Shown here: positions 9,867 through 19,489 of the stretch, one piece after another
How the letters are laid out: each line of letters opens with the position of its first letter
Numbering within the stretch: the stretch's first letter is position 1
NCBI GenBank assembly: GCA_964535935.1
Contig: CAZHWM010000012.1
Span: 131,232-191,314, forward strand
From: an uncultured Planctomycetales bacterium
Lineage (GTDB): Bacteria; Omnitrophota; Gorgyraeia; Zapsychrales; Zapsychraceae
DNA length: 60,083 nt
Direction: 5' to 3'
Translations under genes and position numbers: made by a program
Notes under the pieces: model-generated
Databases searched by the model: none
Seen by the model: the letters and a program-made list of their open reading frames with translations, nothing else
Told to the model about the DNA's origin: nothing

Positions 9867-10730
9867 TTATGCACGCGGATGGGCATGATCATAGACATGT
9901 TTTAATTTCTCTGCTGTTACATGTGTATATATCTGAGTAGTAGATAAATTAGCGTGTCCTAATAATTCTTGCACTGAACGGAGGTCCGCACCTCTTTCGA
10001 GCATATGTGTTGCAAAGGAGTGTCTTATAACATGTGGATATATATGGTTATTTATGGTATTTGCCTTTTTTATGTATTTCTCCACTATATTACGTACACT
10101 CCTGTCAGAAAGCCGTCCACCATTCTTATTAAGAAATAAAACCTCAGACGATTTTTTTCTACTTGATAAATAGTCTCTTATGGCGTCCACAGCTCTCTCT
10201 CCTATAGGTAGAAGCCGTTCTTTTTTACCCTTCCCACGTACTTTAATAAGGTTAGATATTAAATCTACGTCAGAAACATTTAACGATACTAACTCACCAA
10301 CTCTCATCCCCGTGCTATATAAGGTTTCTAAGATGGCTTTATCTCTTTTATTTACAGTTTTTTCTCCTGATGAAGCCTCTATAAAAGAAGTCATATCCTT
10401 CTCAGTTAAAAATTTAGGAAGTAATTTATCGAGTTTTGGAGACAGAAGAAGTAGAGAAGGATCATTCTTCAATATTCCTTCTCTATTTAAAAAACGGAAA
10501 AAACTTCTTAATGAGGAAATTTTTCTTGCAATAGTACGAGAACAAAGTTTTTTCCCTCTCAATTTCGCAATAAATTTTCTCAACATTAAGTAATCTATAT
10601 CTTGTATATCAATATTCTGTAAAAAATCAAAAAATTCTACTAGATCTGCTTTATATACCCGTATAGTTTGTTTGGAATAGTTTTTTTCTATTTCAAGATA
10701 AAATACAAACTTTCTTATATAACGATTCAT
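9867..10730 (-). CDS. xerC: Tyrosine recombinase XerC
   Basis: RDKAILETLYSTGMRVGEL, GKGKKER, HVIRHSFATHML, VQELLGHANLSTTQIYTHV, HPRA; dprA-topA-xerC synteny. Confidence 0.9.
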   Translation of the reverse strand: MNRYIRKFVFYLEIEKNYSKQTIRVYKADLVEFFDFLQNIDIQDIDYLMLRKFIAKLRGKKLCSRTIARKISSLRSFFRFLNREGILKNDPSLLLLSPKLDKLLPKFLTEKDMTSFIEASSGEKTVNKRDKAILETLYSTGMRVGELVSLNVSDVDLISNLIKVRGKGKKERLLPIGERAVDAIRDYLSSRKKSSEVLFLNKNGGRLSDRSVRNIVEKYIKKANTINNHIYPHVIRHSFATHMLERGADLRSVQELLGHANLSTTQIYTHVTAEKLKHVYDHAHPRA

Positions 10731-10794
10731 ATAAAAATCTTTACATGTTAAAAAAAATTATTTTATAAAAGATATTAAAGTTTACATATTTCAT

Positions 10795-12747
10795 CTATTT
10801 GGATGGAAGTTTATTAGTAATATAAGTACACTCGGGATATTTACTACATCCATAAAATATGCCTCTACGTGATTTACGTTCTACTAATTCTCCATCACAG
10901 CCTTCATTTGGACATTTAATGCCTAAAGAAAAGGCTTGTGCGAACTTACATTCAGGAAAACCAGAACAACTAAGAAATTTTCCTTTTCTTCCCCATTTGA
11001 CAACCATCTGCCTACCACATTTAGGACAATGTCTATCAACATAATTTTCAGTTTTTACAATATTTTTTTCTGCATAATCAAGTTCTGCTTTAAAAGGCTT
11101 ATAAAATTCATTAAGCAGGCTCACATAATCCATTCTCCCTTCTTCAATAAGATCTAGTTCTTCTTCCATCTTAGAAGTAAATCCTATATCCATAATTTTA
11201 GAAAAATATTCTACTAAAAGGTCGTTTATCAATATCCCAAGTTCCGTAGGAGTAAAATAGCCTCGTTCACGTACAACGTAATTACGCATTACCAAAGTTT
11301 GTATAATAGAGGCATAGGTACTTGGCCTTCCTATGCCTTCCTCTTCCAATGTTTTAACAAGGCTTGCCTCTGAATATCTAGCTGGTGGCCTTGTAAAATG
11401 TTGAGTTGGAATAACATCTTTTAATACTAATCTATCTCCTTTATCATAATGAGAAAAATCCTCTCCATTTTCTTCTTCAGTAATATCTTTTGATATAGAT
11501 AAAAAACCATCAAATAAAAGAGTAGAACCAGATGCTGTAAATGTATATTTATCTGCTGTTATTTCCATCTTTCTATATTCATAAACAGCTAGTGTCATCT
11601 GTGAACTTACAAAACGTCGCCATATTAGTTCATAAATATAATATTGGTCTGATGTAAGATATTTTTTTATGTCTTCTGGTTTACGCAAAACGTCTGTTGG
11701 ACGTATAGCCTCATGCGCCTGCTGGGCAGATTTCTTGGATTTATATCTATTTGGCTTTGTAGGTAGGTATTTATCTCCATATTCATCAACGATAAGTCTG
11801 CGTACTTTTTCAATAGCATCCTTAGAGATATTAAAAGAATCTGTTCTCATATACGTAATAATACCTACACGTTCTCCTCCACCTAAGTCTATACCTTCAT
11901 AGAGTTGTTGAGCGATCATCATGGTCTTACTAGCATTAAACTTAAATCTATTAAAGGCTTCTTGTTGTAGTGTACTAGTAATTAAAGGTGGCAATGCCTT
12001 ACGTTTAACTTGCCTTCGTGAGATTTCAGTAATGATAAAATTTTCTTTTTTTATTTTTTCTACTATATCATTAGCTTCAGCCTCATTATTAATCTCTTTT
12101 TTAGCATCATCTATCTTTTCTAAGGACGCAGTTAAAATATGTGTTAAACCTTGCTTTTGTAACTTTATCTCTATTTCCCAGTATTCAACAGGCACAAATG
12201 CCTGAATCTGTCTTTCTCTTTCAACTATTATCCTGAGTGCCACTGATTGCACCCTGCCGGCACTTAACCGTGAGCCTACTTTTTTCCACAATATGGGGCT
12301 TATCTTATACCCCACAATTCTATCAAGAATACGCCTCGCTATCTGTGCATCTATTTTCTTTTTATCAAACTCACGTGGATGTTTAAAAGCTTCTAAGACA
12401 GCATCTTTCGTGATTTCTTGAAAAGTTACCCTATGTATTTTTTTCCCATCACCTATATGTTCAACTAAATTCCAACCTATTGCCTCACCTTCTCTATCAG
12501 GATCTGTGGCAAAATAAATCTCTTTTGCTTTGGCTGAATCCTTTTTGAGTTTACTTAATATCTTCTGTTTACTTCTTACAACAATAAATTTAGGGGTAAA
12601 TCCACCGTCAATATCAACACCCAAACTGGATTTAGGGAGATCAACAAGATGTCCCATAGATGAAAGAACTTTAAAATTTTTACCTAAAAATTTATTGATG
12701 GTCTTTACCTTTGCAGGGGATTCAACAATAACAATAGCTTTTACCAT
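10795..12747 (-). CDS. topA: Type I DNA topoisomerase
   Basis: IVESPAK TOPRIM, ATDPDREGEAI, SAGRVQS, GIITYMRTDS (catalytic Tyr), QQAHEAIRPT, two C-terminal C4 zinc ribbons. Confidence 0.97.
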   Translation of the reverse strand: MVKAIVIVESPAKVKTINKFLGKNFKVLSSMGHLVDLPKSSLGVDIDGGFTPKFIVVRSKQKILSKLKKDSAKAKEIYFATDPDREGEAIGWNLVEHIGDGKKIHRVTFQEITKDAVLEAFKHPREFDKKKIDAQIARRILDRIVGYKISPILWKKVGSRLSAGRVQSVALRIIVERERQIQAFVPVEYWEIEIKLQKQGLTHILTASLEKIDDAKKEINNEAEANDIVEKIKKENFIITEISRRQVKRKALPPLITSTLQQEAFNRFKFNASKTMMIAQQLYEGIDLGGGERVGIITYMRTDSFNISKDAIEKVRRLIVDEYGDKYLPTKPNRYKSKKSAQQAHEAIRPTDVLRKPEDIKKYLTSDQYYIYELIWRRFVSSQMTLAVYEYRKMEITADKYTFTASGSTLLFDGFLSISKDITEEENGEDFSHYDKGDRLVLKDVIPTQHFTRPPARYSEASLVKTLEEEGIGRPSTYASIIQTLVMRNYVVRERGYFTPTELGILINDLLVEYFSKIMDIGFTSKMEEELDLIEEGRMDYVSLLNEFYKPFKAELDYAEKNIVKTENYVDRHCPKCGRQMVVKWGRKGKFLSCSGFPECKFAQAFSLGIKCPNEGCDGELVERKSRRGIFYGCSKYPECTYITNKLPSK

Positions 12748-12786
12748 ATTAAATTTCCTTAATTAAACTTAAAAAAAAATAAAAAT

Positions 12787-13941
12787 TCACCTATTTTTTT
12801 GCCGAACAAATATCTTGCCTGGCAATTGTTTAACTATCCCTTTCATTTCTAGTTTTAATAAAATGGAAGAAACTAACGGCAACGGTAAACTACATTTATC
12901 TACTAACATATCAATATGTGTTCCAACTTGAGATGGTAAACAACTATAAACTTTTTGTTCTTCTCTGGTCAAATCGTTTAAAAAAAAAGGATCTTTTCTC
13001 TCACTTTCTACATTAGCTGCTTTATATTTATAATTATGATTACTTTCTTTTTTAATGTATGCTCTCAATTGCGGTTCTAATTCATTTAGTATATCTTCAA
13101 TACAGGTTACGAGTTTTGCTCCCTGCTGGATAAGATGATTAGTCCCTTTTGCATAAGGATTATCGACCTTGCCCGGGACAGCAAATACTTCTCTACCTTG
13201 TTCTAATGCAAAATCAGCTGTAATAAGTGCCCCGCTTTTAAGTGCAGCCTCAACTACAATTACACCCAACGATAATCCACTAATTATTCTGTTACGCCTT
13301 GGGAAATTATAAGCAAAAGGACGAGTTTTCATAGGAAACTCGGATATAACTGCTCCATAGCCTATAATTTCTTCAAATAATCTCCTGTTCTCAGGAGGAT
13401 ATATATGAGACAATCCACAACCTAATACTGCAGTTGTTCTCCCATTTGCCCTCAATGCACCTCGGTGAGCAGATGAGTCTATACCACGTGCCATACCAGA
13501 AACAACATTTATCCCAAGTTCAGCAAGTCTTGATGCAAAACTCATTGCTACAGAAATTCCGTACATCGAAGCCCGTCTCGAACCTACTATAGCAATAGAA
13601 AGATTATTGTTCGACCACCCCTTTATACCTTTTACATAAAGAACAACAGGACTGTCTGGTATTTCTGCTAAAGAGGTTGGAAAGTTATTATCGAAAAAAG
13701 CAATTATATCTATCTTGTCTCGTAAAACAATATCAAACTCTTCTTTAAGAAATCTATCCTTTTGAAAATTTAGCAGTTCATCGATCGCCTTCTGCGTGAA
13801 TATTTTACTTGCTTCTAACTCTTTCTTATTTAAAGAAACTATCTTTACAGCCCTACCATAATGTTTTAATGCCTTTTTTATCCCTATATTACCAATACCA
13901 TTAACTGCATTTAATATTAACAAGGCCTCAAGTTCTGTCAT
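12787..13941 (-). CDS. dprA: DNA-processing protein DprA (Smf)
   Basis: IAIVGSR, VVSGMARGIDSSAHRGAL, FPRRNRIISGLS, SGALITA..A.EQGREVFAVPG; C-terminal winged helix. Confidence 0.95.
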   Translation of the reverse strand: MTELEALLILNAVNGIGNIGIKKALKHYGRAVKIVSLNKKELEASKIFTQKAIDELLNFQKDRFLKEEFDIVLRDKIDIIAFFDNNFPTSLAEIPDSPVVLYVKGIKGWSNNNLSIAIVGSRRASMYGISVAMSFASRLAELGINVVSGMARGIDSSAHRGALRANGRTTAVLGCGLSHIYPPENRRLFEEIIGYGAVISEFPMKTRPFAYNFPRRNRIISGLSLGVIVVEAALKSGALITADFALEQGREVFAVPGKVDNPYAKGTNHLIQQGAKLVTCIEDILNELEPQLRAYIKKESNHNYKYKAANVESERKDPFFLNDLTREEQKVYSCLPSQVGTHIDMLVDKCSLPLPLVSSILLKLEMKGIVKQLPGKIFVRQKNR

Positions 13942-13965
13942 AATATCAACTTAAAATATAAAGAA

Positions 13966-14499
13966 CTAATTGTATAGCTTAATGATTGCTGCACAAACCT
14001 CATCAATGGTTTTCTTGTCTGTAGGAACAATATAGTCTGCTTGGTTATAAAACGGCATTCTAAATTCCAATAATCTTCTAATTTCTTTTTTAGGATCAGC
14101 CACCTTTAACAATGGCCTATTTGTATCAAATTTCACCCTTTCATATATAATATCTACAGATGCAGTCAAGCATATCAATATACCATTTTTTTTAAGATTA
14201 GAGACATTTTCAGGATTTAATACTACACCACCGCCACAGTCAATAATAAGATTATGTCTAGATGAGATCTGTTTTACAATTTTAGTTTCTATTTTTCTAA
14301 AATAAGGCTCTCCTGAACTTTTAAATATTTCAGGAATGCTCCGTCCCTCTTCTTTTTCAATCAAAATATCTGTTGAAACTACTTCTTTATTTAATAATTC
14401 ACCAAGTCTTTGGGCAACAGTAGATTTTCCAACTCCCATAAAACCTATAAGAATTATGTTATTTTTTTTATCCATAGCTTGTCGATTGTAACATAACAA
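13966..14499 (-). CDS. aroK: Shikimate kinase
   Basis: LIGFMGVGKST P-loop, GEPYFRKIE, DCGGGVV, RPLL; real start is probably the internal Met (MDKKNN). Confidence 0.93.
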   Translation of the reverse strand: MLCYNRQAMDKKNNIILIGFMGVGKSTVAQRLGELLNKEVVSTDILIEKEEGRSIPEIFKSSGEPYFRKIETKIVKQISSRHNLIIDCGGGVVLNPENVSNLKKNGILICLTASVDIIYERVKFDTNRPLLKVADPKKEIRRLLEFRMPFYNQADYIVPTDKKTIDEVCAAIIKLYN

Positions 14500-14535
14500 A
14501 GAAATACTGTCCAGAGGCTTTTATTAGAAGGTTTC

Positions 14536-15351
14536 TTAAGTGGTAGGTATACCATACCTTTGCAGAAGCCATGATATAATCTCATTTCCCCAAAACAAAC
14601 TAATTATCGCACCAAGAACTAGAAACGGACCATAAGCTATCACCGTCTCTTTAGTACGTATCTTTTCAACAATACCAAAAATTGAACCAAAGAACGGTGC
14701 TATAAAAAAAGTAAGAAGAGCATATTTCCAACCTAAAAAGGCTCCTATCATAGCGAGTAATTTTATGTCTCCCCCACCCATAGACTCTTTTTTAAATAAA
14801 AAATCTCCAAGTATACCCATTAAATAAATAACACCACCTCCTATCAATACACCCAATACAGACATACCTAGTGCTGTTAAATGAGAGGCCAAAAAATTAG
14901 TATTATTAGTATCTACACCCTGTAAGCCAGGTATAAAAAAACTAAAAAAAAGCCCAGCAAACATTCCACCTATACTTACTTCATCTGGTATTATTCTATG
15001 TTCAAAATCTACAAAAGTTGCAACGATAAAACAAGATAACATTACTAAATATGGTAAAAGAATAGTCTTCAGACCAAAATAAATGTAAAATAAAGTAAAT
15101 AATATAGCTGTGATTAGTTCCACCCCAAAATAACGAAAAGAGATTCTTTCTTTACAAAAACGACATCGACCTTTTAAAAGAATATAACTAAGAAGAGGTA
15201 TATTATCATACCATGGAATATTCTTTTTACACTTAAGACAATGAGATGGGGGTGTTACTACAGAGGCCTCTTGAGGCAATCGAACGATACATACATTTAA
15301 AAAACTCCCTACTATTGCGCCTAAAATAAATATACATATAGCTATTTCCAT
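14536..15351 (-). CDS. pilD: Prepilin peptidase (A24 family) with N-terminal Cys methyltransferase-type domain
   Basis: GSFLNVCIVRLP, SHCLKC, NIPLLSY..LKGRCRFC, VDFEHRIIPD, MGGGDIKL (two catalytic Asp), AYGPFL. Confidence 0.93.
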   Translation of the reverse strand: MEIAICIFILGAIVGSFLNVCIVRLPQEASVVTPPSHCLKCKKNIPWYDNIPLLSYILLKGRCRFCKERISFRYFGVELITAILFTLFYIYFGLKTILLPYLVMLSCFIVATFVDFEHRIIPDEVSIGGMFAGLFFSFFIPGLQGVDTNNTNFLASHLTALGMSVLGVLIGGGVIYLMGILGDFLFKKESMGGGDIKLLAMIGAFLGWKYALLTFFIAPFFGSIFGIVEKIRTKETVIAYGPFLVLGAIISLFWGNEIISWLLQRYGIPTT

Positions 15352-16220
15352 TATTTTTCTAATCCTTTTTCTAATGCTTCTCTCATTTTTATCTTTATTT
15401 TCTCATCAAGACGGGTATTAGCCCAATGTTCAAATGCTAATACACCTTGATAAAACAACATACCTAATCCGTTTGCAGTATCCGCTCCTCTTTGTTTAGC
15501 AATTTTTAAAAGAGAGGTCTCGGCTGGATTATAAATCAAATCATATACAAGCATACCTGTATGTAGAAGCTCGGGTTCAATCAAAACAGGATCATCCTGT
15601 TTCATCCCTACAGGAGTTGCATTTATCAATAGCTCGGCATTATTTATATCTAAATCATCTATACTAAAAACTGCCTTTACGATAGAAGTGTCCATCCGCT
15701 GACTAAGGTCCTCAATTAATTTCTCTGCTCGCTGTTTATCTATATCATAAAGTAAAATAATTTTTGGTTTATCAGGCATAAGACAAAGCATACTTACTAT
15801 AGCACGCGACGCTCCTCCCGCGCCTATTATTGCAACCTTTTTATCACATACTTCGAACTTCAATTCATTTAAATGGGCCAAAAATCCCGGTGCATCAGTA
15901 TTATAACCTATTAGTTTTCTATCCTTTGATACTACAATAGTATTCACAGCCATAACCTTCTGGGCAAAAGGAGAAAGACTGTCTATATATTTAATAACCT
16001 CTTCTTTATAAGGCACAGTTACGTTTAGACCAAATATAGGACTCAACTCATCCTTTAACTTATCAAAAAACTCGTCTAATTCGTCCTTTTGAAGTTCAAA
16101 TAATCTATATTCAGCATCTACTTGTAATGCCTTAAATGCAGCATTATGCATTAACGGAGAAAGGCTATGTTTTACAGGATACCCAATAAGTCCATAAATA
16201 GCTTTTGTTTCTTCTAACAT
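15351..16220 (-). CDS. aroE: Shikimate dehydrogenase
   Basis: GYPVKHSLSPLMHN, NVTVPYK, AVNTI, GYNTD, IIGAGGASRA, INATPVGM, DLIYNP.ET, GLGMLFYQG. Confidence 0.95.
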   Translation of the reverse strand: MLEETKAIYGLIGYPVKHSLSPLMHNAAFKALQVDAEYRLFELQKDELDEFFDKLKDELSPIFGLNVTVPYKEEVIKYIDSLSPFAQKVMAVNTIVVSKDRKLIGYNTDAPGFLAHLNELKFEVCDKKVAIIGAGGASRAIVSMLCLMPDKPKIILLYDIDKQRAEKLIEDLSQRMDTSIVKAVFSIDDLDINNAELLINATPVGMKQDDPVLIEPELLHTGMLVYDLIYNPAETSLLKIAKQRGADTANGLGMLFYQGVLAFEHWANTRLDEKIKIKMREALEKGLEK

Positions 16221-16237
16221 AATTATTTTAGCTTTTT

Positions 16238-16306
16238 ATTCTGCACAATTCAACCTTGTTAAATAGTGAAAAATGCACAAATCAACAAGGTTAAATTGTG
16301 CAGAAT
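16238..16306. repeat. Two inverted units of a REP-like palindromic element; outer 23-bp arms with one mismatch
   Basis: ATTCTGCACAATTCAACCTTGTT (16238-16260) and AACAAGGTTAAATTGTGCAGAAT (16284-16306) are reverse complements except at one position; each half resembles the 45762-45804 palindrome. Confidence 0.8.
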
Positions 16307-16329
16307 GTTAAACTTCCATCTAATTGTTG

Positions 16330-17856
16330 TCATATTTGCTGAGATAATATTTTATTTACAGCATTAACATATGCCTTTGCTGATGCCTCAAGTATATCCG
16401 TGCTTGTCCCATGCGTGACAACACTCTTATCACCAAACTTAACTTTTATTGTAACCTGCCCCAGAGCATCTTTTCCTTGCGTAACAGACTGTATAGAATA
16501 ATCCAAAAGTTTGCCTTTCATATCTACAATAGACTCTATAGCATTATAACATGCATCTACAGGACCATCTCCCGAAGACTTCATGGTGAATAATTTCCCT
16601 TTATTTTTTAATACAACCTCTACTTCAGGGGCGATGTTGGTACCTGTTTTTGCTGAGATAGCATCTAATGTCCATACCTTTTTAAATACCTTTCTCTCAT
16701 CTTCTACTATTGCAAGTAGATCCTCATCAAAGATCTGTTTCTTTTTATCTGCAACATCTTTGAATCGTTGAAAAGCCGAATCAAGTTCTCTATCTTTTAA
16801 TATTATTCCAAGGTTCTTTAACCTCTCTCTGAAGGCGTGCCTACCGGAATGTTTCCCCAATACAAGACCTGTATCCATAAAACCAACATCTTCCGGTCGC
16901 ATAATCTCATATGTAGCCCGTTCCTTTAATATACCATCTTGATGAATACCTGCCTCATGCCTGAATGCATTATTCCCTACAATTGCCTTGTTAGGAGCGA
17001 CAACAAAACCTGTATAATTGCTTACTAACCTAGATGTCCTACATATCTCAGTTGTTTTTATTCCTGTAAAACATCCATATATATCAAAACGTGTCTTTAA
17101 TGCCATTACTATCTCTTCCATAGAGGCATTTCCTGCACGTTCTCCTACTCCATTAACTGTACACTCTATCTGCCTCGCACCGCTTCTTATAGCAGATAAA
17201 GAATTAGCAACAGCAAGTCCAAGGTCATTATGGCAATGTACAGATATTACTGCCTTATTAACATTGGCAACATTATCTATTATACCTGCAATAATAGAAC
17301 CGAATTCTTCTGGCACACTATAACCTACTGTATCCGGGATATTAACAGTAGAGGCACCGGCATCTATGACTGCCTCTACTATCTTATATAAAAAATCTCT
17401 CTCTGTACGGGATGCATCCTCTGGAGAAAATTCTATATCATCAGCTTTATCCCTTGCGTATTTTACCGCTTTAATTGCCATATCCAGTATTTCTTGTTGA
17501 GTCTTTTTAAATTTATATTTTCTATGTATTTTTGATGTAGCAAGAAATACATGAATACGTTTTCTCTTAGCAGGTCTCAAAGCCTCCACTGCTGCATCTA
17601 TATCTTTTTCTATAGATCTAGCCAATCCACATATAATCGATTTCTTTATATGTTTAGCAACCGTATTAACGGAGGAAAAGTCCCCCTGAGAAATAACAGG
17701 AAAACCTGCCTCTATGATATCTATTCCTAATCTTTCTAATGCATATGCTACTTCTAATTTTTCTTTCTCGTTCATACTCGCACCTGGAGCCTGCTCTCCA
17801 TCACGCAAGGTAGTATCAAATATTAATACCCTATCCTTATTATTACAACTCTTCAT
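16330..17856 (-). CDS. leuA: 2-isopropylmalate synthase
   Basis: FDTTLRDGEQAPG, IEAGFP, HCHNDLGLAVAN, GERAGN, HEAGIHQDG, C-terminal regulatory domain (GDGPVDA, ASAKAYVNA). Confidence 0.95.
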   Translation of the reverse strand: MKSCNNKDRVLIFDTTLRDGEQAPGASMNEKEKLEVAYALERLGIDIIEAGFPVISQGDFSSVNTVAKHIKKSIICGLARSIEKDIDAAVEALRPAKRKRIHVFLATSKIHRKYKFKKTQQEILDMAIKAVKYARDKADDIEFSPEDASRTERDFLYKIVEAVIDAGASTVNIPDTVGYSVPEEFGSIIAGIIDNVANVNKAVISVHCHNDLGLAVANSLSAIRSGARQIECTVNGVGERAGNASMEEIVMALKTRFDIYGCFTGIKTTEICRTSRLVSNYTGFVVAPNKAIVGNNAFRHEAGIHQDGILKERATYEIMRPEDVGFMDTGLVLGKHSGRHAFRERLKNLGIILKDRELDSAFQRFKDVADKKKQIFDEDLLAIVEDERKVFKKVWTLDAISAKTGTNIAPEVEVVLKNKGKLFTMKSSGDGPVDACYNAIESIVDMKGKLLDYSIQSVTQGKDALGQVTIKVKFGDKSVVTHGTSTDILEASAKAYVNAVNKILSQQI

Positions 17857-18466
17857 TACTTATTCCTCCCGAGGCAAAATTTTTTATCATATCCTTTATA
17901 GAGCCAAGTGTAACATATTCGTTCCCATTATCACCCTTATTAGCATAGGAATAAATTTTTATATCATATAAATCTTGTTTGTTAATATGTCTCTCTTTTA
18001 TTCCTATTAACCTCATATTAAGCCCACGATGCTCAAATTTAATGGGATGGATACCAAACATTTTGACAAATTTTTTGAATGTTTTCTCTGAATATCCCCA
18101 TTTATGAATACCAAAATGTCCAATATAGATTTTTGATCCCCAGAATGTTTCGCCAAAGACAAGATCCACTATTGCATCAAATCCAAACTTAAAATACCTA
18201 AACAATATTTTTTTAAAGTTAGGGACCTGAACTGTTATTTTCCCTCCTATCTTAAGAACTCTAACCCATTCATAGAAGACAAAAAAACGTATATATTTAT
18301 CAAAATGTTCCAGTAAATCTTCAGCCAAAATTTCATCAATACTAAGTTCTTGATAAGGTAATGGCTGTGTTATATCATGTATTAAATCAGGATTAAAGGC
18401 TGCAACAGAATCTATATTTATCCAGCCCTCTAATTTTTTATTACCACAACCCAGATGGAGTTTCAT
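17843..18466 (-). CDS. Class I SAM-dependent methyltransferase (type 11-like)
   Basis: KLHLGCG motif I, WINID, DLLEHF, RVLKIGG, VPNF; substrate unknown. Confidence 0.8.
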   Translation of the reverse strand: MKLHLGCGNKKLEGWINIDSVAAFNPDLIHDITQPLPYQELSIDEILAEDLLEHFDKYIRFFVFYEWVRVLKIGGKITVQVPNFKKILFRYFKFGFDAIVDLVFGETFWGSKIYIGHFGIHKWGYSEKTFKKFVKMFGIHPIKFEHRGLNMRLIGIKERHINKQDLYDIKIYSYANKGDNGNEYVTLGSIKDMIKNFASGGISNEEL

Positions 18467-18479
18467 TATTGTATATTTA

Positions 18480-19472
18480 TTATTTCTTCATCCACGGCAT
18501 CATATCTCGCAGCTGTCTACCTACGGTTTCTACCAAATGTTTTTTGGCCTCTTCTCTAAAATTTAAGAAATTAGGTCTTCCCTTTTTATTTTCTCGTATC
18601 CATTCACGGGCAAATTTCCCTGTCTGAATTTCTTTTAGTACCTTTTGCATCTGTTTGCGTACACGTGCATCTATAATACGGGGACCGCGTGTATAATCAC
18701 CATATTCCGCCGTATCTGAAACTCGTTTTCTCATCCCTACTATACCGTCTTCATAAATTAAATCGGTAATTAATTTTAATTCATGCAAACACTCAAAATA
18801 GGCTATCTCTGGTTGATATCCTGCCTCTACAAGTGTCTCAAAACCTGCCTTTATAAGCGCACTTACTCCTCCACACAATACTGTCTGTTCACCAAATAGA
18901 TCTGTTTCAGTTTCTTCCTTGAAGGTAGTTTCAATAACTCCTGCCCTTGTTCCACCAATACCCTTTGCATATGCAAGAGCATCTTTTAATGCATTGCCAC
19001 TGGCATCCTGATATACTGCAACCAAACACGGGACACCTTTTCCTTCTTCATATTGTCTTCTTACCAGTGCCCCAGGTCCTTTGGGTGCAATCATCCATAC
19101 ATCAACATCCTCAGGTGCAATGATTTGCTTGAAGTGAATATTAAACCCATGAGAGAAAACTAATGATTTTCCCTTTTTTAAATAACGCTTTATGCTTTTT
19201 TTATATACCTCCGGTTGAAGATGATCCTGTGTTAATACTACAATAACATCTGCTTTTTTAGCTGCTGTTTTGGCATCTACTGGTTTAAATTCATCCTCTA
19301 TTGCCTTATTATAATTAACAGAACCTTCTCGTTGTCCTACTATGACATTAACACCACTATCCCTTAAATTCAAAGCCTGCCCACGGCCTTGTATACCATA
19401 ACCAATAATTGCTACTGTCTTATCCTTAAATGCATTTAAATCTGCATCTTTATCATAATAAATTTTTACCAT
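18480..19472 (-). CDS. ilvC: Ketol-acid reductoisomerase
   Basis: [70 protein letters not shown]. Confidence 0.97.
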   Translation of the reverse strand: MVKIYYDKDADLNAFKDKTVAIIGYGIQGRGQALNLRDSGVNVIVGQREGSVNYNKAIEDEFKPVDAKTAAKKADVIVVLTQDHLQPEVYKKSIKRYLKKGKSLVFSHGFNIHFKQIIAPEDVDVWMIAPKGPGALVRRQYEEGKGVPCLVAVYQDASGNALKDALAYAKGIGGTRAGVIETTFKEETETDLFGEQTVLCGGVSALIKAGFETLVEAGYQPEIAYFECLHELKLITDLIYEDGIVGMRKRVSDTAEYGDYTRGPRIIDARVRKQMQKVLKEIQTGKFAREWIRENKKGRPNFLNFREEAKKHLVETVGRQLRDMMPWMKK

Positions 19473-19489
19473 TATATACCTCCTTAACT

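Noticed and set aside
9867-10730. Tyrosine recombinase as a prophage or island integrase
   Set aside because: Size, motifs and dprA-topA-xerC synteny indicate chromosomal XerC; no att site, tRNA or phage genes adjoin it.
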